Origin: Candidatus Eiseniibacteriota bacterium
GTDB taxonomy: Bacteria > Eisenbacteria > RBG-16-71-46 > SZUA-252
Assembly: GCA_035716085.1 (NCBI GenBank)
Contig: DASTKC010000198.1
Coordinates: forward strand, 1 to 41,091
Length of the DNA: 41,091 nt
Direction of reading: 5' to 3'
The translations under genes and the position numbers were made by a program. Below are positions 37,357 to 41,091 of the stretch, piece after piece. Positions within the stretch are counted from its first letter, which is position 1; each line of letters starts with the position of its first letter. Below the pieces are notes generated by a model that saw only the letters and a list, made by a program, of their open reading frames with translations, was not told where the DNA came from and made no database searches.

Positions 37357-38083
37357 TCTCCGGGTCCGTCGCGGGCTTCACCGCCGGCCCGGGGTCGGGC
37401 GCGTCCGACGACGCCTTGAAGTTCACCATCGGCACCGTCGTCCGGTTCCCCGCCGGATAGTCCACCGTCACCACGTCCCGAAGCGCCGCGATCCGCTGCG
37501 TGAGACCCGCGATCGTCTCCGTCGCCGCCCGGATGCGAGCCACCTTCTCCCGGGCCTCCGGCGTCAGCGTGGGCTGCACGTAGAGGAGCTGCGCGTTCCC
37601 CTGGATCACTTGCAGGGGATTGTTGATCTCGTGGTTCAGCGCCACCGCCATGGCCGAGACCGCCTTCATGCGCTCGGCGCGGAGCCGGTCCTCGGTCGCG
37701 CGATGCGCCGCGAGCGCGTTCCGCACCTTGATCGGGAGCTGGAACCGCACGTCCCACTCGGTGAGCGGCTTCATGAAGTAGTCCGACGCGCCGAGCGTGA
37801 GGCTCCGCTCCACGTCCTCGGGGGATGTCGACGCGCTCGCCACGATCACCGGGATCTCCTTCCAGCGGTCGTCCTTCTTCATCGCGAGGAGCACGTCGAA
37901 GCCGTTCGGCGACGGCATCATGAGGTCGAGCAGCACGAGCCCGATCGTCTCCTGGCCCAGGATCTCGAGCGCCTGGTTCCCGTTGTCCGCCTCGAAGAAG
38001 ACGTAGTCCCCCTGGCGCAAGACCATGCGCAGGAGCTTCCGGTTGTGCGCCTCGTCGTCAACGAGAAGCAGGTGCTGGGCCAT
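37310..38083 (-). CDS. Response-regulator receiver fused to a HisKA-like DHp domain, no ATPase domain
   Basis: REC: LLVDDE, LVLLDLMMP, DYFMKP. Then an H-box-like ALNHEINNPLQVIQGNAQLL plus one more helix. The protein ends in a low-complexity tail with no N/G1/F/G2 boxes. Confidence 0.82.
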   Translation of the reverse strand: MAQHLLLVDDEAHNRKLLRMVLRQGDYVFFEADNGNQALEILGQETIGLVLLDLMMPSPNGFDVLLAMKKDDRWKEIPVIVASASTSPEDVERSLTLGASDYFMKPLTEWDVRFQLPIKVRNALAAHRATEDRLRAERMKAVSAMAVALNHEINNPLQVIQGNAQLLYVQPTLTPEAREKVARIRAATETIAGLTQRIAALRDVVTVDYPAGNRTTVPMVNFKASSDAPDPGPAVKPATDPEIKSRESGRSSPESGS

Positions 38084-38480
38084 GAGCCCCTTTCTCCGCC
38101 AGAGTGCGAATGCGCGCGATCAGCTCGTCCGCGCTCACGATCGGTTTCGCGATGTAATCGTCGGCTCCCGACTCGGCGAGGAAGCGCTCGCGAGAGCCCT
38201 TCATCGCGTGCGCCGTCGCCAGAAGGATGGGAGTGCGCCGGGTCTCTGGATCCCGCTTCAGCCGGCGGCAGATCTCGAGACCGTCGACCGGAACGCCATC
38301 CCACGCGCTGTTCGAGAGCGACACGTCGAGGATCACCACGTCGACGAGGCCCTGCCGCACGCGGTCGGCCACGTACGCCGGATCCTCCGTCACCTCGACC
38401 TCGTACCGCGCCTTCCGGGTCAGGATGAGGCCGAACAGCTTGGCGTTCATCGGGTCGTCCTCGATGATCAGGATCCGCAC
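38058..38480 (-). CDS. Single-domain response regulator (REC only)
   Basis: ILIIEDD, VVILDVSL, LLATAHA, DYIAKP. GTG start overlaps the kinase stop by 13 nt. The 3' end overlaps the next gene by 26 nt. Confidence 0.86.
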   Translation of the reverse strand: MRILIIEDDPMNAKLFGLILTRKARYEVEVTEDPAYVADRVRQGLVDVVILDVSLSNSAWDGVPVDGLEICRRLKRDPETRRTPILLATAHAMKGSRERFLAESGADDYIAKPIVSADELIARIRTLAEKGAHGPAPASR

Positions 38481-40408
38481 GACTCCGCCTCCGTTGGAGC
38501 CGCCTGCGCCACGGGCAGCGTGATCCGGACCACGGTGCCGCGGTTCACGCCTTCGCTCGTGAGCTGAATGGTGCCCCCCATGAGATCGACGAGCGCGCGG
38601 CTGATCGCGAGACCGAGCCCCGTTCCGCGCTGGCGCCGGTGATAGGACGGGTCCGCCTGCGCGTACTTGCTGAAGAGCGCGGCCCGGCGCTCCGGCGCGA
38701 TGCCGACGCCCGTGTCCTCGACCGACACGACGATCGAGCCCGCGTCGATTCCGGCGCGGACCCGCACCTCTCCTCTATCGGTGAATTTCACCGCGTTCCC
38801 GAGCAGATTCAGGAGCACCTGCCGGAACCGGGCGAGATCGACCGCCGCGGAGAGCGGCTCCTTGGGAACGTCGACCCGGACCGCCAATCCCTTGGCCGAG
38901 GCCATCGGCTGGACCGCGTCGACCGCGCCCCGGATCGTCGGCGCGATGTCGGCCACGAGGAGCCGGAGCTCGAACCGCCCCGCCTCAGCCTTCGCGAGAT
39001 CGAGAAGGTCGTTGATGACGGAGAGGAGGTGCTCCGCGGCCTGGCGAATGGACCGTGCGAAGTCGAGGCGCTCGCCTTCGTCCGCGTCGATCCGCTGCTC
39101 GAGCAATGTGGCGAACCCGATCACGGCGTTGAGCGGCGTGCGGAGCTCGTGCGAGGTGTTCGCGAGGAAGTCGTTCTGCAGCCGGCGCGCCAGCTCGAGC
39201 TCGTGGTTCGCGTCGAGGAGCCGCTCGTTCATGCTTCCGAGCTCCGCTCCGCGCGCGCGGTCCTCCTGCTCGCCTTCTCGGCGCTCGGTGATGTCGCGCG
39301 CCACGAGGACGATCGCGGTCAGCGCTCCCGCGCGGTCGTGTGCCGGCGAGAGCCGCACCTCGGCCGGGAACGTGCTCCCGTCGCCGCGGCGAAAGCCGAG
39401 CTCGCCCGAGAACTCTCCCGATGCGCGCGCCACGTCGAGCGCGGCCGCGGGACCTGAAGCGGGAACGAGCGCTTCGCCATCGGCTCCGGTCGCGCCGGGG
39501 GCGAAGGCCAGGTCGTGAAGCCGGCGTCCGAGGAGCTCGCCGGGTTGAGCGGAGAGCGCAAGCTCGGCCGCGCGGTTGGCGCTCGACACGACTCCGTCGA
39601 GGTCGAGCTCGAGCACGATCTCGCTCGTCCCGACGAGGTAGGAGGCGAGGATCTGATCGCGCCGCTCGAGTCGAAGGCGACGGAGCCCGGATGCGAGCTG
39701 CGCGGCCATCCAGCGGAGGAGCGCGCGCTCCTCGTTCGCGAGCGAGGCGCCGGCCGGGAGGAAGCACTGGAGCGTGGCCGGGAGCCCTTCGTGCTCGAGG
39801 AAGGGAACCGAGACGACCGCGGTATCGGCGCCGAGCTCCGGCAGCGTGGCGGCAAACGCATCGCGCTCCGAGCCCGCGAGGTCGCCCACCACGATCTCAC
39901 CGAGCCAGGCCGCGCGGCTCGCGTGCGCCCGCGCCTCCGGTCCCGGCGCGTCCGGCTCGAGGGCGACGTTCGCCTCGGGCGTGAGGCCGCGCGTCGCCAC
40001 GAGCGTGAACTCGCCGCGGCCGCCCCGGTGCGCGTAGAGCGCCCAGTGTCGAAGACCGGTGCCTTCGGCCACCGCGTCGAGCGCGTGATGGACCAGGTCG
40101 TCCTCGCGGTCGAACCTCGCGAGGGTATCGCCGACCCGGTAGAGGCTGAGCTGCGCTTCCCGCGCCTGGGCGCGATCCAGGTCCTGGACGCGCGTCCGAT
40201 GGAGCCACCCGGCCGCGAGGATCAAGGCCAGACCGGCAGGCCAAGCAGCCCAGGGCACACTCGAGGACGACGCGATCCACCCGACCGTGAGGCACGCGAG
40301 AAGGGCGCCCAAGATGGCGAAGACGAGGGAGCGGCGCTTGGCGCGGGCGATCCCGGCGGGGCTGGATACCCCTGGCGCTGCGAGCGATGGGTTGTAGGTG
40401 CTCGGCAC
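38468..40408 (-). CDS. Membrane sensor histidine kinase (2 TM, GAF-like, PAS, HisKA, HATPase_c)
   Basis: SHELRTPLNAVIGF H-box. LLNLLGNAVKFT (N box), VEDTGVGI (G1), GTGLGLAISR (G2). PAS-like GVVSSANRAAELAL...FRRGDGSTFPAEV. The start is set at the in-frame GTG at 40408 (ORF-track arithmetic), because the longer ORF to 40744 overlaps a convincing plus-strand lipoprotein gene. TTG 40534 is an alternative. Confidence 0.85.
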   Translation of the reverse strand: MPSTYNPSLAAPGVSSPAGIARAKRRSLVFAILGALLACLTVGWIASSSSVPWAAWPAGLALILAAGWLHRTRVQDLDRAQAREAQLSLYRVGDTLARFDREDDLVHHALDAVAEGTGLRHWALYAHRGGRGEFTLVATRGLTPEANVALEPDAPGPEARAHASRAAWLGEIVVGDLAGSERDAFAATLPELGADTAVVSVPFLEHEGLPATLQCFLPAGASLANEERALLRWMAAQLASGLRRLRLERRDQILASYLVGTSEIVLELDLDGVVSSANRAAELALSAQPGELLGRRLHDLAFAPGATGADGEALVPASGPAAALDVARASGEFSGELGFRRGDGSTFPAEVRLSPAHDRAGALTAIVLVARDITERREGEQEDRARGAELGSMNERLLDANHELELARRLQNDFLANTSHELRTPLNAVIGFATLLEQRIDADEGERLDFARSIRQAAEHLLSVINDLLDLAKAEAGRFELRLLVADIAPTIRGAVDAVQPMASAKGLAVRVDVPKEPLSAAVDLARFRQVLLNLLGNAVKFTDRGEVRVRAGIDAGSIVVSVEDTGVGIAPERRAALFSKYAQADPSYHRRQRGTGLGLAISRALVDLMGGTIQLTSEGVNRGTVVRITLPVAQAAPTEAESCGS

Positions 40409-40553
40409 GGAGGCCTCGGGTAGGAGGGACGGCGCCAGGGTCCGTTCGGGACTATCGGCACCCGAGACCTGGAACTGGAGCCGCCGCGCCGGGTTTCTGC
40501 GGGTGGTGCTTCCTGCTAGCGTCCAATGCCGCAAGGGGATATCATCCGTCCTC

Positions 40554-41091
40554 GTGCGCTCCCGCCCAATCCTCGTGTCCCTCCTTCTCGCCATCTGGTC
40601 CCTGGCCCTGTCCGGTTGTTCGAACAACAGCGACCGGGTCACGGGGAACGAGCGCCTGATTCGTGGCGCGGGGGGGCTCGGGTCGACCCTGGTCGAGACC
40701 ACCATCCCGGACCGGGACACGTACGTGACACCCGGGACCGCCAACTACGGCTCCGTCCTCCTCGTGGGGCGTGACGCGACGTTCGAAGCCCGCGCCTTTT
40801 TCAAGATCCTGCGCATCAACCTGCCGAGCACCGATTTCGTGAGCGTCGTACCGACCGGGAACGTGCTGCTCGACTTCCCTCACGTCCCGCTCCGCAATGA
40901 GCCCCTTTCCATTGATCTCGAGCTGCGTGAGACGGCCACGGCTCTGGCCGATAGCGGAACGATCGCGTGGCCAGGCCCCGCGCCTGGGGTTCTTCTCGCG
41001 TCGAGCACCTACGACTTCTCCGGGGATCTGGTCATGGATCTCGGGCCGGGGAGCTATAGCCGCGTGGTGCAGTGGACGACCCCCGATCCCG
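40554..41091 (+). CDS. Putative lipoprotein, 3'-partial (absent from the ORF track because it has no stop in the window)
   Basis: GTG start, then VRSRPILVSLLLAIWSLALSGC/SNNSD. This is a positively charged n-region, a hydrophobic core and an L-S-G-C lipobox. Frame 0 stays open to the window end, with typical GC3-rich codons. Confidence 0.6.
   Translation, partial: MRSRPILVSLLLAIWSLALSGCSNNSDRVTGNERLIRGAGGLGSTLVETTIPDRDTYVTPGTANYGSVLLVGRDATFEARAFFKILRINLPSTDFVSVVPTGNVLLDFPHVPLRNEPLSIDLELRETATALADSGTIAWPGPAPGVLLASSTYDFSGDLVMDLGPGSYSRVVQWTTPDP

Noticed and set aside
40321-40500. Apparent 1-nt register disagreement between my manual base counting and the ORF-track coordinates in this stretch.
   Set aside because: I attribute this to my own counting error, because ORF-track arithmetic is self-consistent on both strands. 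Coordinates here, such as the kinase start at 40408, come from the ORF track.
40409-40744. Longer N-terminus of the histidine kinase ORF (TTG 40744).
   Set aside because: It overlaps the plus-strand lipoprotein signal-peptide ORF and is non-hydrophobic and Arg/Thr/Pro-rich. The in-frame GTG at 40408 precedes the first TM by about 25 aa.

Overview
High-GC (about 70%) bacterial chromosomal window, probably from an uncultured lineage; I cannot assign a taxon. It is densely packed with genes, many of them translationally coupled. I found no rRNA, tRNA, CRISPR array or mobile element.

Layout:
1. 1-3618: the 3' part of a TPR protein, then pyrK-pyrD-pyrF.
2. 3615-31012: a roughly 27 kb cell-surface polysaccharide locus. 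It holds nucleotide-sugar enzymes (two Gmd/Rmd-like SDRs, ugd, an RmlC-like cupin, rmlB, fcl). It also holds two MOP flippases, two Wzy_C-family proteins, an OPX exporter and a kinase-less PCP. The rest is a GT-C-like membrane protein, GT2/GT4/GT9/CgeB-like transferases, two methyltransferases and two different initiating phosphoglycosyl transferases.
3. 31013-31117: a low-GC intergenic island with a near-consensus sigma-70 promoter.
4. 31118-33837: a GAF-type sigma-54 enhancer-binding protein and a methyltransferase.
5. 33872-37356: four translationally coupled membrane proteins with no family I can name. This is my best candidate for an undescribed envelope system.
6. 37310-40408, minus strand: a convergent sensor kinase / REC / REC-DHp operon.
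7. 40554-41091: a partial lipoprotein gene that the ORF track does not list.

Most long ORFs lying antisense to, or out of frame with, these genes are Arg/Pro/Gly/Ala-rich high-GC artefacts and are rejected. All product calls rest on motifs I recognised by eye. No database search was run.
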